A stretch of DNA of 64,000 bases from the NCBI GenBank assembly GCA_027459645.1, contig DAIDHQ010000021.1, forward strand, positions 14,151-78,150, written 5' to 3'. This DNA comes from Vulcanimicrobiota bacterium. Lineage in GTDB: Bacteria > Vulcanimicrobiota > Vulcanimicrobiia > Vulcanimicrobiales > Vulcanimicrobiaceae. Below the pieces are notes generated by a model, which had not been told where the DNA came from, did not search any database, and saw only the letters and a list, made by a program, of their open reading frames with translations. Made by a program: the position numbers and the translations under genes. Positions 36,967 through 47,173 of this stretch are shown here, piece after piece. The stretch's first letter is position 1. Each line of letters opens with the position of its first letter.

Positions 36967-39654
36967 ATGCAGCTCTTGAGGCCGTCGATTAAGGGCATCG
37001 TGGCGCCGAAATACATCTATTTCTTCGAAGAAGGTAGCGGCTCTATGAAAGAGCTGCTGGGCGGCAAAGGTGCCGGCCTCGCCGAGATGACGCGCGCGGG
37101 GCTGCCGGTCCCGCAGGGCTTTATCATCACGACCGAAGCCTGCCTCGCCTTTTATAAGCAGGGGCGACGGTTTCCCGAAGGCCTCGAAGAGAGCGTGCTG
37201 CGCTCCATGCACGAGTTGGAAGCCCGCACCCGCCGGCGTTTCGGCGATCCGTCCGATCCGCTGCTGGTCTCGGTTCGCAGCGGCGCCCGCGTCTCTATGC
37301 CGGGCATGATGGACACGATTCTCAATCTCGGATTGAACGACGAAACCGTCGAAGGCCTCGCCGCGCGCACGAACAACGAGCGTTTCGCGTGGGATGCGTA
37401 CCGGCGCTTTATCATGATGTTTTCGAGCGTCGTGCTCGGTATCGAAAAGGCCGCATTCGAAGAACTGATCGACGAATGCAAACGCGAACTCGGGGTGCAA
37501 AACGATCCGCAGATCGACGCGGCCTCTTGGAAGGCGCTCGTCGCGAAATTCAAGGCGGTCGTTCGCGAACACGCAAATCGCGATTTCCCGCAGGACGTCG
37601 GCGAACAGTTGCGTTTGGCGATCGAGGCCGTCTTCGATTCCTGGAACTCGAAGCGCGCGATCGACTACCGCCGGTTCAACAAGATTTCGGACGATTGGGG
37701 AACGGCCGTCAGCGTCGTTCAAATGGTTTTTGGAAACATGGGCGACGATTCCGGAACCGGCGTCGCCTTCACGCGCGATCCGAACACCGGCGAGAAGGTG
37801 CTCTTCGGCGAGTATCTCGTCAACGCGCAAGGTGAAGACGTCGTGGCGGGCATTCGCACGCCGCAAAAAATCACCGATCTGCAGCGCAGCCAGCCGGAGA
37901 TCTACGCGCAGTTTGAAGCGATCGCGCAGCGCCTGGAATCGCACTACAAGGATGCGCAGGATCTCGAATTCACCGTAGAGCGCGGCACGCTCTACATGCT
38001 TCAGACGCGCACGGCGAAGCGCACGGCCGAAGCGGCGGTGAAAATCGCGCTCGACATGGTGCGTGAGGGACTCATCGACGAACGCAGGGCGGTCGGCCGC
38101 GTCGACGCGAAGACGCTCGACCAACTCTTCCACGCGCGCATCGATCCCGCCGAGCATTACGACGTCGCGTGCAAAGGCCTCAATGCCTCGCCCGGCGCGG
38201 CGGCCGGTCAGATCGTCTTTACCGCCGACGACGCGGTCGCATGGAGAGAACAAGGCAAAGATACCGTGCTCGTGCGCGTCGAAACGACGCCGGACGACGT
38301 GCACGGGATGATCGCCGCGCGCGGCGTGTTGACGGCGAAGGGCGGAGCGACATCGCACGCGGCCGTCGTCGCCCGGGGAATGGGCAAACCATGCGTCGCC
38401 GGATGCGATGCGCTGGAGATCGATCGCCGCAACAAGCGCGTAGCGATCGGCGACATCGTCTTGAGCGAAGGCGATTGGATCACGATCGACGGTACGACCG
38501 GTAACGTCATCGCTCAGAAGCTCGAGTTGATCGACGCGCCTTCGACGCTTCCCGATTGGCTCGCGACGTTTTTGTCGTGGGCCGACAAGGTGCGCCGCAT
38601 GGAAGTGTGGGCGAACGCGGACACGCCGGAAGATGCGCGTAAGGCCAGGGAGCTCGGCGCCCAAGGCATCGGACTCTGTCGCACCGAGCACATGTTCATG
38701 CAGCAAGACCGGTTACCGATCGTGCAGCAGATGATTCTGGCGAACACCCCGGAAGCGCGTGCCGAGGCGCTCGAAAAGTTGCTGCCGTTCCAACGCGAGG
38801 ATTTCGCCGGCATTCTGGAAGCAATGGCCGGTTTGCCGGTCACGATCCGGTTGCTGGATCCGCCGTTGCACGAGTTCTTGCCTTCGCTCGAGCAATTGCT
38901 CGTCGAGACGACGGAGTTGCGCGTGAAGAGCGGCGTCGATACGCCGGAATATAAAGTCAAGGACGCGATGCTCAAACGCGTGCAGCAGCTTCACGAGCAG
39001 AATCCCATGCTCGGGTTGCGCGTCTGCCGCCTGGGCATCCTTTTCCCCGAGATCTATGCGATGCAGGTACGCGCGATCTTCGAAGCGGCGTGCGAATTGA
39101 AGAAGCGCGGGATCGATGCGCGGCCGGAAGTGATGATTCCGGGCGTCGGCACGCAAGAAGAGATGCGTTCGACCTACGATGCCGCGAAAAAAGCCGCCGA
39201 CGACGCGATGGCCGCGCACGACTGCACCCTCGACTACCATATCGGCACCATGATCGAACTACCGCGTGCGTGCCTGGTAGCCGACGACCTCGCTCGCATC
39301 GCCGAATTCTTTTCGTTCGGCACCAACGATCTCACGCAAACCACGTACGGCTACAGCCGCGACGACGCCGAGGCGACGTTCATTCCGGCCTACTTGGATA
39401 AGAAGATTCTCAAAGACGATCCCTTCCAAGTGTTGGATCGTCGCGGCGTGGGCGCGTTGATGCAGCAGGCCGTTAAGCTTGGGCGCGAAGCGCGCGCCGA
39501 TCTGAAAATCGGTATCTGCGGCGAGCACGGCGGCGAACCGTCGAGCGTTGCGTTCTGCGATTCGCTCGGACTGAAGTATGTCTCGTGTTCGCCCTACCGC
39601 GTTCCGATCGCGCGTCTAGCCGCCGCACAGGCGACGCTCGGGACCCTTTCGTAA
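36967..39654 (+). CDS. ppdK: Pyruvate, phosphate dikinase
   Basis: LLGGKGAGLAEM, catalytic His region GGATSHAAVVARGMGKPCV, and a PEP-utilising TIM barrel (FFSFGTNDLTQ, CGEHGG). Confidence 0.96.
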   Translation: MQLLRPSIKGIVAPKYIYFFEEGSGSMKELLGGKGAGLAEMTRAGLPVPQGFIITTEACLAFYKQGRRFPEGLEESVLRSMHELEARTRRRFGDPSDPLLVSVRSGARVSMPGMMDTILNLGLNDETVEGLAARTNNERFAWDAYRRFIMMFSSVVLGIEKAAFEELIDECKRELGVQNDPQIDAASWKALVAKFKAVVREHANRDFPQDVGEQLRLAIEAVFDSWNSKRAIDYRRFNKISDDWGTAVSVVQMVFGNMGDDSGTGVAFTRDPNTGEKVLFGEYLVNAQGEDVVAGIRTPQKITDLQRSQPEIYAQFEAIAQRLESHYKDAQDLEFTVERGTLYMLQTRTAKRTAEAAVKIALDMVREGLIDERRAVGRVDAKTLDQLFHARIDPAEHYDVACKGLNASPGAAAGQIVFTADDAVAWREQGKDTVLVRVETTPDDVHGMIAARGVLTAKGGATSHAAVVARGMGKPCVAGCDALEIDRRNKRVAIGDIVLSEGDWITIDGTTGNVIAQKLELIDAPSTLPDWLATFLSWADKVRRMEVWANADTPEDARKARELGAQGIGLCRTEHMFMQQDRLPIVQQMILANTPEARAEALEKLLPFQREDFAGILEAMAGLPVTIRLLDPPLHEFLPSLEQLLVETTELRVKSGVDTPEYKVKDAMLKRVQQLHEQNPMLGLRVCRLGILFPEIYAMQVRAIFEAACELKKRGIDARPEVMIPGVGTQEEMRSTYDAAKKAADDAMAAHDCTLDYHIGTMIELPRACLVADDLARIAEFFSFGTNDLTQTTYGYSRDDAEATFIPAYLDKKILKDDPFQVLDRRGVGALMQQAVKLGREARADLKIGICGEHGGEPSSVAFCDSLGLKYVSCSPYRVPIARLAAAQATLGTLS

Positions 39655-39771
39655 GCGTCTCTTAACGGCCGATGAGAGTTTCCGTTTTCCGGCAAGACCG
39701 AGGAACCGGCTAAAAAACTGATAGCGTTGTTCGACCGTACGTCATCATTCTCGAAGGGAGACAACGCCATC

Positions 39772-40287
39772 ATGAATCCGGTCCTTCGTCTCGCGATTAG
39801 CGCTTTAGCCCTTGCCGCCGGGCTCGCCGTTGGCGCCGCGGCACCCGCCTCCGCTGCAACGGACTGCGGCAGCAATGCGAATATCGGCCACGTCCATCGC
39901 CGTCTCGAGGGGGCCATCGACCAGCTTTCTCACGATCGGCACGATTACGGCGGTCACCGCGTCAGCGCGATCGACGATATGCAGCAGGCGCGCGCGCAAC
40001 TCGTCGCCGCGCAGCAATACGCGATAGGCGTAGCGCACGACAACCCGGCATGTTTTCGCGCGCGAGGGTCTACGGGCGGCAGCGACTCGCGATGGGGCAT
40101 GCGCGGCCAACGCGGTAGCAACGGAAACATCGCCGGCGTCGACCGATGGGTCGGACGACTGATCGCGCAGTTGAACCGCGACGAACACGACTACGGCGGC
40201 CACCGCGTCGACGCGATCCGCGATTTGCAAGCCGCGCAGGGCCAACTCGCGCAAGCCGACGCATACGCGCGAGCTCACGGGCTCTAG
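39772..40287 (+). CDS. Secreted hypothetical protein with two roughly 50-aa HDYGGHR repeats (171 aa)
   Basis: GGGAGA RBS and a signal peptide MNPVLRLAISALALAAGLAVGAAAPASA. The repeats are NIGHVHRRLEGAIDQLSHDRHDYGGHRVSAIDDMQQARAQL and NIAGVDRWVGRLIAQLNRDEHDYGGHRVDAIRDLQAAQGQL. Confidence 0.65.
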   Translation: MNPVLRLAISALALAAGLAVGAAAPASAATDCGSNANIGHVHRRLEGAIDQLSHDRHDYGGHRVSAIDDMQQARAQLVAAQQYAIGVAHDNPACFRARGSTGGSDSRWGMRGQRGSNGNIAGVDRWVGRLIAQLNRDEHDYGGHRVDAIRDLQAAQGQLAQADAYARAHGL

Positions 40288-40297
40288 AGCGCTGCGT

Positions 40298-41509
40298 TTA
40301 TCGTAGCGACGCGACGATCTCCGAACAGAGCCGGCGTGCTTCCCGCACGTCGGCTCGATCGCGCTTTACGAAGAGTTTCCGCCAGTATGCTTTGCCGCTC
40401 AACTTCGCGATGAGATCGGAAGCGTCGCGCGCGTCGATCAGTCCCGCGGGCGTACCGACCCAAACGGTGCGCCGCCGGTCCTCCATGCCGAGCGGAAGGC
40501 GGTGCATCGCGGTGGACTGCTCGTCCGCCCACACGGCTTCGTCCCCGAAGCGTTCGCGGAGGGCTTGATGGCAACGCTCGAAGGTGCTCAGATCGGATTC
40601 CGCATTGAACTCTGCTGCGAGCGCGTAGAGGCGTATGCGCTCCCGCAGCGCGCGTGCCGCTTCACTCTGGCGGTCGCGTAGCTCGTTGAGAACCCGGAAG
40701 TCATCCCAGCGCAGAAATTCTTCGATCGGATCGAGCGCATGTGGGTCGGGCCAGAGTTCGCGCAGTACCTGCTGGAGGATGCGCTCGAACATACGCGTGG
40801 TGTGATGAAAGTACACCGATGCAAACATCATGTATCGCGCGACCACGAACGATTCGAGCGCAACGACGCCGCGATAATCGATGCCGACGACGGGCTTGCC
40901 GGCGCGTTGGAACATCCGAAGGGATCCGGTCAATTGATCCGCGTCGTATCGTCCGCTCGCGACGCCGGTAAAATACGCGTCGCGCTGCAGATAGTCCATC
41001 CGGTCCGCATCGAGATTCGGTCCGCTGACGAGTTCGCAGAGCGCCGGATAGCGAGCGTCGGCGCGCCCCAAGATGAGCGCCAGCACGTCGTCGGGATCGA
41101 CCTCGAGGCCTTCGATCGCGGCGCGTACGTCCGGCATCGCCAGGAGGGCTTCGGTGCGCGCTTCGTGTTGGACGCCGAGCACAGCCTCGCAGGCGTGGCT
41201 GAACGGGCCGTGTCCGATATCGTGCAAGAGCAGCGCGCACCGTACCAGCCGGCGCTGCGCCCCAACCGCTCGCGCGTCGTCGAACGCGTCCGCGCCGTGG
41301 CGCGCGAGCTCGTCGAAGGCGCGGGTTCCCATAGCAAGCGCCCCAAGCGCGTGCGTGAACCGCGAATGTTCCGCGGAGGGGAACGCAAAATACGCAAGTC
41401 CGAGCTGTCGCAGGCGCCGAAGACGCTGCATGACCGGCAGATCGAGCAGGCGTGCCTCGCCGGCGTCGAGCTCGATGAAATGATGAACCGGGTCGAAAAT
41501 TCGCTTCAA
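40298..41509 (-). CDS. HD-domain phosphohydrolase (dGTPase/SAMHD1-like superfamily)
   Basis: RFTHALGA...LLHDIGHGPFSH...DADRMDYLQRD motifs. Confidence 0.85.
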   Translation of the reverse strand: MKRIFDPVHHFIELDAGEARLLDLPVMQRLRRLRQLGLAYFAFPSAEHSRFTHALGALAMGTRAFDELARHGADAFDDARAVGAQRRLVRCALLLHDIGHGPFSHACEAVLGVQHEARTEALLAMPDVRAAIEGLEVDPDDVLALILGRADARYPALCELVSGPNLDADRMDYLQRDAYFTGVASGRYDADQLTGSLRMFQRAGKPVVGIDYRGVVALESFVVARYMMFASVYFHHTTRMFERILQQVLRELWPDPHALDPIEEFLRWDDFRVLNELRDRQSEAARALRERIRLYALAAEFNAESDLSTFERCHQALRERFGDEAVWADEQSTAMHRLPLGMEDRRRTVWVGTPAGLIDARDASDLIAKLSGKAYWRKLFVKRDRADVREARRLCSEIVASLR

Positions 41510-41568
41510 CGCGGGACTCGTTCGTCACCGGGATTCGGGCGCCTGGCTCGAACTGAAGGAACGACGAC

Positions 41569-43365
41569 ATGCCCCGCTTCGATCAAGGCGTGATTCGCGA
41601 GCTTCATTCGCGCATCGACATCGCAACGTTCATCGGCCAGTACGTCTCGCTCAAAAAACGTGGGCGCGATTTGGTCGGCCTCTGCCCGTTTCACGGCGAG
41701 AAGACGCCGTCGTTCCACGTGCACGCCGAGGAAGGGTACTTCAAATGTTTCGGATGCGGCGCGGGCGGCGACGTCATCGCGTTCCTTCAGAAGCTGGAAA
41801 ACGTACCGTTCCCCGACGCGGTCCGCATGCTCGCTTCCAAAGCGGGCGTCGAACTCGAAGCCGAAGATCCGCGCACCGCGCGCGTTCGCAACGAGCGCGA
41901 GGCGATCTACGAAGCGAACGATCTCGCGGCAAAATATTTTTCGCGGATGCTCAATTCACCGGCCGGTGAAGCGGCGCGCGCCTACCTGGATGGCCGAGGG
42001 ATCACCGAGGCGACGCGCGAGCGATTCATGCTCGGCTACGCGCCCGCGGGCTGGAACGGTCTGACCGACGAGTTGCAGCGTCACGGCGTCGATTTGGAGA
42101 TCGCCGCGAAGGCTGGGCTGGTAAAGTCGGGACAGCGCGGGTTTTACGATTTCTATCGAGACCGCTTGATGATCCCCACGTACGCGACGACCGGCGAAGC
42201 CATCGCCTTTGGCGGACGCGCACTGGGAGCGGAAGAGCCGAAGTATCTCAACACGAGCACGACGCCCGTTTACACCAAAGGCAATCATCTCTACGCCCTC
42301 AACCTTGCCCGGCGAGCGGCGCAACACGATCGTACGCTCATCGTCGTCGAAGGCTACCTGGATTGCATCGCGCTCCATCAGGCCGGCTTCGAAAACGCCG
42401 TCGCGGCTCTTGGCACGTCCTTTACGGAGAAGCAAGCTTCCGAGCTTCGCAAATATTCGGACTACATATTTTTGTGCTTCGACGCGGATGCCGCGGGCGA
42501 CGCGGCTGCAACCAAAGCGATCGACATCGCGTCTAATGTTATCGAGCACACCGGATCGAGCGTGCGGGTCGTCGTCCTTCCCAAAGGCGAAGACCCCGAT
42601 AGCTTCGTTCGAAGCCGGGGAGCCGACGGCTTCCGCGCCCTGTTGGAAGCGGCCAAGCCGTCGATCGAGTATAAATTGGATCCTCAGATCGACCGCCTGA
42701 ATACCGGCTTCGACGCGCCTTCGGCGATCGCTCGAAAGGCCGAAGCCCTTATTCGCGAACTCACGCCCCGAGAGGAATGGGACCGCTGGCGCGTTTATGT
42801 GGCGGGCCGTCTGAAGGTGAACGTGGACGACCTTCGGAATAGCCGGTTCCTCGCGAACAGCGCCAACTTCGCACCGCACTCGACGCAGCAGGCCGCAAGC
42901 CGCTACGCGAAAGCGCGGATCGAGCCGCTGTCGTTCGAACGCGAAGTTCTCAGCATCGTTCTGGAAGATCCCTCGCTCGTTCGCGAATACGGCGGGCGAA
43001 TCGCTCCGGGACGCTTTCGTCATGAGGTTTATCGGCGAATTTACTCGCGAATCGTCGAACAAGCGGACTGGATGCGTGGTCCCGCCGACGTCTTCGTTGC
43101 CTTCAACGACGACGACGAGGCGCACGCATTGCTCTCGACGCTCGGTCAGCGCGACCGCAGCTCGGCGGTCCTCTACGGGGACGCCGACGAGCGGCGAGCG
43201 CATCTCGACCGCGTCGTCGAGCGATTGGAGCGTGAGGACGAGGAGGCCAGGCTCGGCGAACTCTCCCGGTCCATCGACGAACTCTTCGCCGCCGGGAGCG
43301 CGGTGCCCGAGGAGCTCCGAACGGAGTTCAAAGAATTGGCCGCAAAACTAAAGCTAAAGAAGTAA
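41569..43365 (+). CDS. dnaG: DNA primase
   Basis: Zinc finger [13 protein letters not shown]...[13 protein letters not shown], an RNAP core and TOPRIM ([15 protein letters not shown]). Confidence 0.95.
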   Translation: MPRFDQGVIRELHSRIDIATFIGQYVSLKKRGRDLVGLCPFHGEKTPSFHVHAEEGYFKCFGCGAGGDVIAFLQKLENVPFPDAVRMLASKAGVELEAEDPRTARVRNEREAIYEANDLAAKYFSRMLNSPAGEAARAYLDGRGITEATRERFMLGYAPAGWNGLTDELQRHGVDLEIAAKAGLVKSGQRGFYDFYRDRLMIPTYATTGEAIAFGGRALGAEEPKYLNTSTTPVYTKGNHLYALNLARRAAQHDRTLIVVEGYLDCIALHQAGFENAVAALGTSFTEKQASELRKYSDYIFLCFDADAAGDAAATKAIDIASNVIEHTGSSVRVVVLPKGEDPDSFVRSRGADGFRALLEAAKPSIEYKLDPQIDRLNTGFDAPSAIARKAEALIRELTPREEWDRWRVYVAGRLKVNVDDLRNSRFLANSANFAPHSTQQAASRYAKARIEPLSFEREVLSIVLEDPSLVREYGGRIAPGRFRHEVYRRIYSRIVEQADWMRGPADVFVAFNDDDEAHALLSTLGQRDRSSAVLYGDADERRAHLDRVVERLEREDEEARLGELSRSIDELFAAGSAVPEELRTEFKELAAKLKLKK

Positions 43366-43402
43366 CCGAAAATCAACGAGTCTAATTGTACGAGTTCCCC
43401 GG

Positions 43403-44599
43403 ATGGGGACGAGAAAGGGGGTGACGTCAAAAGTGGCACGTAAGAAAAGTTCCGGTGCGGTCGCGGAAGCTCCGCAACCCGCACTCACGCTCGATGCGCT
43501 GAAGAAAAAGCTGATCGCGCGCGGTAAGCAGCGCGGCTCGCTGACCTACGAAGAGATCAATTCTTCGTTCGATGCGCTCGATGACGTCAACCCCGATGAA
43601 ATCGACGGGTTGTTCGAAGAGATCACTGCCGCCGGCATCGAGATCGTCGACGAGCAAAAAGAAGAAAAGCCCGAAACCGAAGAGGAACAAGAGGAGCCGA
43701 TTCCCGACGGATTGTCGCTCGACGATCCGGTACGGATGTACCTCAAAGAGATCGGACGCGTTCCGTTGCTCTCGATGGAACAAGAGAAGTCGCTGGCGAT
43801 GCGAATCGAGGCGGGCGAACTCGAGCTGAGCAAAAATGGCACCTCCGACCAGCTCATCGTCACCGACGGCGAAGAAGCCAAGCGGCAACTGACCGAAGCG
43901 AACCTGCGCCTCGTCGTCTCTATCGCGAAGAAATACGTGGGGCGCGGCATGCTCTTCCTCGACCTGATTCAGGAAGGCAATCTCGGCCTGATCCGTGCGG
44001 TCGAAAAATTCGACTACCGCAAAGGCTACAAGTTCTCCACGTACGCCACGTGGTGGATCCGTCAGGCGATCACGCGCGCATTGGCCGACCAGGCGCGAAC
44101 CATTCGCATTCCGGTGCACATGGTCGAAACGATCAATCGCTTGATCAAGGTGTCCCGCCAGCTCTTGCAAGAGTTCGGCCGGGAACCCACCGTCGAGGAA
44201 ATCGCCGAAGCGATGGCGCTCACGCCCGAAAAGGTTCGCGAGGTCATGAAGATTTCGCAGGAGCCGATCTCCCTCGAAACGCCGATCGGCGAAGAGGAAG
44301 ATTCGCACCTCGGCGACTTCATCGAAGATCAGGAAGCGGTCGCTCCGGCAGAAGCCGCGTCGGTCATGCTGCTCAAAGAGAAGATGCAGGACGTACTGCA
44401 AAATCTCACCGAGCGCGAACGTAAGGTGCTCGTCCTGCGCTTCGGCCTGGAAGACGGACATCAGCGTACGCTCGAAGAGGTGGGTCAAGAGTTCGGCGTC
44501 ACGCGCGAGCGCATCCGCCAAATCGAAGCGAAGGCGCTACGAAAGCTGCGCCATCCCTCTCGCGGAAAAGCGCTCAAGGACTACTGGTCCAACGAATAA
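43403..44599 (+). CDS. rpoD: Primary RNA polymerase sigma factor (sigma-70)
   Basis: Region 1.2 [11 protein letters not shown], region 2 ([31 protein letters not shown]), and regions 3 and 4 ([20 protein letters not shown]). In-frame GTG starts lie slightly downstream and are also possible. Confidence 0.95.
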   Translation: MGTRKGVTSKVARKKSSGAVAEAPQPALTLDALKKKLIARGKQRGSLTYEEINSSFDALDDVNPDEIDGLFEEITAAGIEIVDEQKEEKPETEEEQEEPIPDGLSLDDPVRMYLKEIGRVPLLSMEQEKSLAMRIEAGELELSKNGTSDQLIVTDGEEAKRQLTEANLRLVVSIAKKYVGRGMLFLDLIQEGNLGLIRAVEKFDYRKGYKFSTYATWWIRQAITRALADQARTIRIPVHMVETINRLIKVSRQLLQEFGREPTVEEIAEAMALTPEKVREVMKISQEPISLETPIGEEEDSHLGDFIEDQEAVAPAEAASVMLLKEKMQDVLQNLTERERKVLVLRFGLEDGHQRTLEEVGQEFGVTRERIRQIEAKALRKLRHPSRGKALKDYWSNE

Positions 44600-44647
44600 C
44601 CGCGGTCCCCGTCGGCGCGGACGCCGGCCCTTGGTATCATAGAAGAC

Positions 44648-45298
44648 GTGAACCACAGTCTCGTGCTGGCGCTCCTGCTCGCCGCAAGTCCGTCCCCCGC
44701 GCCGTCGCCCGCTGCCACCCCGCACACGATCGTCACGACGAAATCCAGCCCGTACTGCACGGCGCTCGGACGGCACTTCAACGGCGCGTTCACGCCGATG
44801 GTCGCTAACGACAGGACGCTGACGATCGTCGGGAGCGCTCTCGACGACGTCAACACGTTGTTTTCGAAATCCGACTACGTGTCGCGTTTCATCAAAGTTC
44901 GCCAGGAACTCGCAAAGGAGTCGGATCTGATGCTCGGCACGATGCCGCGCATTCAGGACGAGATCAACGCGCTGCGCCAAAGCGCGTCGTTGACGCAGGA
45001 TGCGAAGCAGGCGAAAGAGATGCTGGATGCGGCCTCCGAGTTGCAAGCCGCGTACGTCAAACAGCATGCGATGGCCATCGATATCCAAAACCTGGCGCGC
45101 ACCATGATGGATTACGATATCATCGATGCACCGCACCCGTTGGGCGGCATGACGCCGGACGAAGCGTCGCTTCCCAAAGAGTGGCGCGACATCAAGACCT
45201 ATCTGCGCTTTGACGGCCAACGCGACGAGATCGCGCGACACGAAGAAAAAGCCGTGGACACTGCGTATAACGCGGCGACCACGGCTTGCATCAAATAG
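44648..45298 (+). CDS. Hypothetical secreted, largely helical protein (216 aa)
   Basis: Signal-like N-terminus with a PSPAPSPAATP linker. No family recognised. Confidence 0.5.
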   Translation: MNHSLVLALLLAASPSPAPSPAATPHTIVTTKSSPYCTALGRHFNGAFTPMVANDRTLTIVGSALDDVNTLFSKSDYVSRFIKVRQELAKESDLMLGTMPRIQDEINALRQSASLTQDAKQAKEMLDAASELQAAYVKQHAMAIDIQNLARTMMDYDIIDAPHPLGGMTPDEASLPKEWRDIKTYLRFDGQRDEIARHEEKAVDTAYNAATTACIK

Positions 45299-45311
45299 CT
45301 TCGAAACGGAG

Positions 45312-45968
45312 CTACATCGGCATGTCTCCGGCGTTTGCCGAAGGCTTCACGTTCGGATTCATCTCTGCGAAGGCACCGTTGGGATTAGGCAGCACCCAGA
45401 CTTGCAGATCCCAAATGGATGGAAACACGAAGACGCGCGTTACTTGGGCCGCATTCTTCGCAATTCCCATCTTGACGATCGTCGCCGCCGAAGGCGCGCT
45501 GAGGTTTCCGCCGGCCGCTTCGAACTTTTTCACGCTCGTGGCACCGTAGGTCACCTTTCCGTTCGCGCCGGCCAAAATGTAGTGGACGTGCTCGCCGAAG
45601 TGCGACCAGCGCATGGGGTTGACGCCCCACAGCGCCGGCCGAGTCTTACTTGCCGGGACCGAAAAATCGGCACCCAGGAGTTGTCCCTTCGCGCTGTACC
45701 ACAGTTGGCTCGGATGCCTCGTATCGCTCGAGGTCCACTGCAGGTTTGCGTAGCTGATCGAACCGGTACGATCTTCGTTCGTGAAGCGGAAGTAACCGGC
45801 TTTGATCGCATCCGCGGGTGTGGCAAAGCGCGCGTTCAGATCTTTTTGTACCGACTGCACGAACGCAACTTCCGCGCCTTGCGGTTTGGGTGAGAGATCG
45901 GCAGCGAGTGCCAGCGACGACGTAAGCGCCGCGACGACGGCGAGCGTGCTCGCAATGCGTCGAATCAA
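45312..45968 (-). CDS. Hypothetical secreted protein (218 aa)
   Basis: Sec signal MIRRIASTLAVVAALTSSLALA/AD. No family recognised. Confidence 0.55.
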   Translation of the reverse strand: MIRRIASTLAVVAALTSSLALAADLSPKPQGAEVAFVQSVQKDLNARFATPADAIKAGYFRFTNEDRTGSISYANLQWTSSDTRHPSQLWYSAKGQLLGADFSVPASKTRPALWGVNPMRWSHFGEHVHYILAGANGKVTYGATSVKKFEAAGGNLSAPSAATIVKMGIAKNAAQVTRVFVFPSIWDLQVWVLPNPNGAFAEMNPNVKPSANAGDMPM

Positions 45969-45986
45969 CGAGAAACCTCCTTGCGC

Positions 45987-46727
45987 TTAGCGCGGATGGG
46001 GCGTCGAGGGATTCATCGGCGTCGCTCTGTCGATCGGCGCGCGGAAGCCCGGATTCGGTGTCGCGAGCGGCGAGCTGTTGAAGGTCGAATGCGGCGTCGC
46101 CACATCGAGGACCAGCGGCGCGGGCGTCGAGACAGCTACGGTTCCGTTGGGCGTTAGCGCCACTTGCGCCTCCGTGAGCGCGCGAATTTCGGCGCCTGGC
46201 TGGAGCGTAAAATTGCGCCCTTTGCGAAACGCGTGGAAGATCGCCGTCGGAAGGAAGATGTCGCCGATCGTGTTTTCGAGCGCGGCGGTCGACTCGTGGC
46301 CCGCGCTCGGATCGACGCTCAGCCGCGACGTGGGCGGTTGAAGCGGAATGACCGAGCCGTCGGGCAGTTTCATCGGCTCGAAATAAATGTCGACGAACCC
46401 GTAGATGTCCGGATTGTCGGCCGGCTTTGCGTCGACCACGTGGATCTCGACGGGCGTGCCGGCGGGCGCGACCACGTGATTTCCGATCGCGAGTGGCGCC
46501 TTCAGGCGAGCCGCGACCACGTCGCCCGCCTTCGACGATGCAGACGAGAGCGTCCCGTTCAAAACGAACGAGATCGACGTTCCGAGCGGAATCGTATTGG
46601 TGGGCTGCGCGGGTTTACGCGAGGGCGCTGCCGTTGCGCTGCCCGGTTGAGGTGTTTGCATCGGAAACGCCGTAGCCGGCGTTCCCGACCGAACGATCGC
46701 AGCAAGCAGAGCGCCCGCCGCGAACAA
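45987..46727 (-). CDS. Hypothetical exported protein with a beta-rich domain (about 246 aa)
   Basis: Only the part downstream of the KGG gene is credible. Start provisionally at TTG 46727, which gives a hydrophobic N-terminus (FAAGALLAAIV). The core IPLGTSISFVLNGTLSSASSKAGDVVAARL...APAGTPVEIHVV is loosely reminiscent of TrbI/VirB10-type beta domains, but this is weak. Confidence 0.45.
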   Translation of the reverse strand: MFAAGALLAAIVRSGTPATAFPMQTPQPGSATAAPSRKPAQPTNTIPLGTSISFVLNGTLSSASSKAGDVVAARLKAPLAIGNHVVAPAGTPVEIHVVDAKPADNPDIYGFVDIYFEPMKLPDGSVIPLQPPTSRLSVDPSAGHESTAALENTIGDIFLPTAIFHAFRKGRNFTLQPGAEIRALTEAQVALTPNGTVAVSTPAPLVLDVATPHSTFNSSPLATPNPGFRAPIDRATPMNPSTPHPR

Positions 46728-46737
46728 CGTTAAAAGG

Positions 46738-47076
46738 CTAGCTCGCGCGCTTTTCTGCGTCGGCCGCAGCAGCCGCGGCACGCTTGCCTTCTTCGATGAG
46801 TTGCTTGACTTTCTGGCCACCTTTTTGTCCGATGCGTTCGTAGAAGTCGGGACCGTAGCGATCGCGCGTTGCTTCGCCACCTTTCTTTCCACCCTTCTTA
46901 CCGATTTGCTCGTAGAATTCGTGACCGTGAGCCTGCTTCGTCGCGAGCCCGCCTTTACGGCCGATCTGCTCGTAGAACTCGGGGCCGTACTTTTTCTTGA
47001 CGGTCTCGCCGCCTTTTTGTCCGGCTTCGCGTACGGACATGCCGGTCGTTTTTTTGGGATTTTCGGGGGTCGACAT
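46738..47076 (-). CDS. KGG-repeat general stress protein (YciG/GsiB-like)
   Basis: Repeats such as GQKGGETVKKKYGPEFYEQIGRKGG, HGHEFYEQIGKKGGKKGG and YGPDFYERIGQKGG. Confidence 0.85.
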   Translation of the reverse strand: MSTPENPKKTTGMSVREAGQKGGETVKKKYGPEFYEQIGRKGGLATKQAHGHEFYEQIGKKGGKKGGEATRDRYGPDFYERIGQKGGQKVKQLIEEGKRAAAAAADAEKRAS

Positions 47077-47173
47077 ACTGTTTTTCTTTCACCTTCTCGC
47101 GCCGCCCCGGGAGGACGGCGATCGTTCTGCATATACTAGAACGCAAGTTCCGGTCCAATGGTTGGGGGTAAGC

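Noticed and set aside
36661-38706. 681-aa minus-strand ORF antisense to ppdK
   Set aside because: Antisense shadow of a strongly conserved gene. The translation is Arg/Asp/His-rich with no motifs, and stop-codon paucity is expected at this GC content.
46728-47132. N-terminal 135 codons of the 381-aa minus-strand ORF 45987-47132
   Set aside because: It overlaps, in another frame, the KGG-repeat stress gene, whose repeats are unmistakable. This part of the translation is Lys/Arg/Ser-rich junk.
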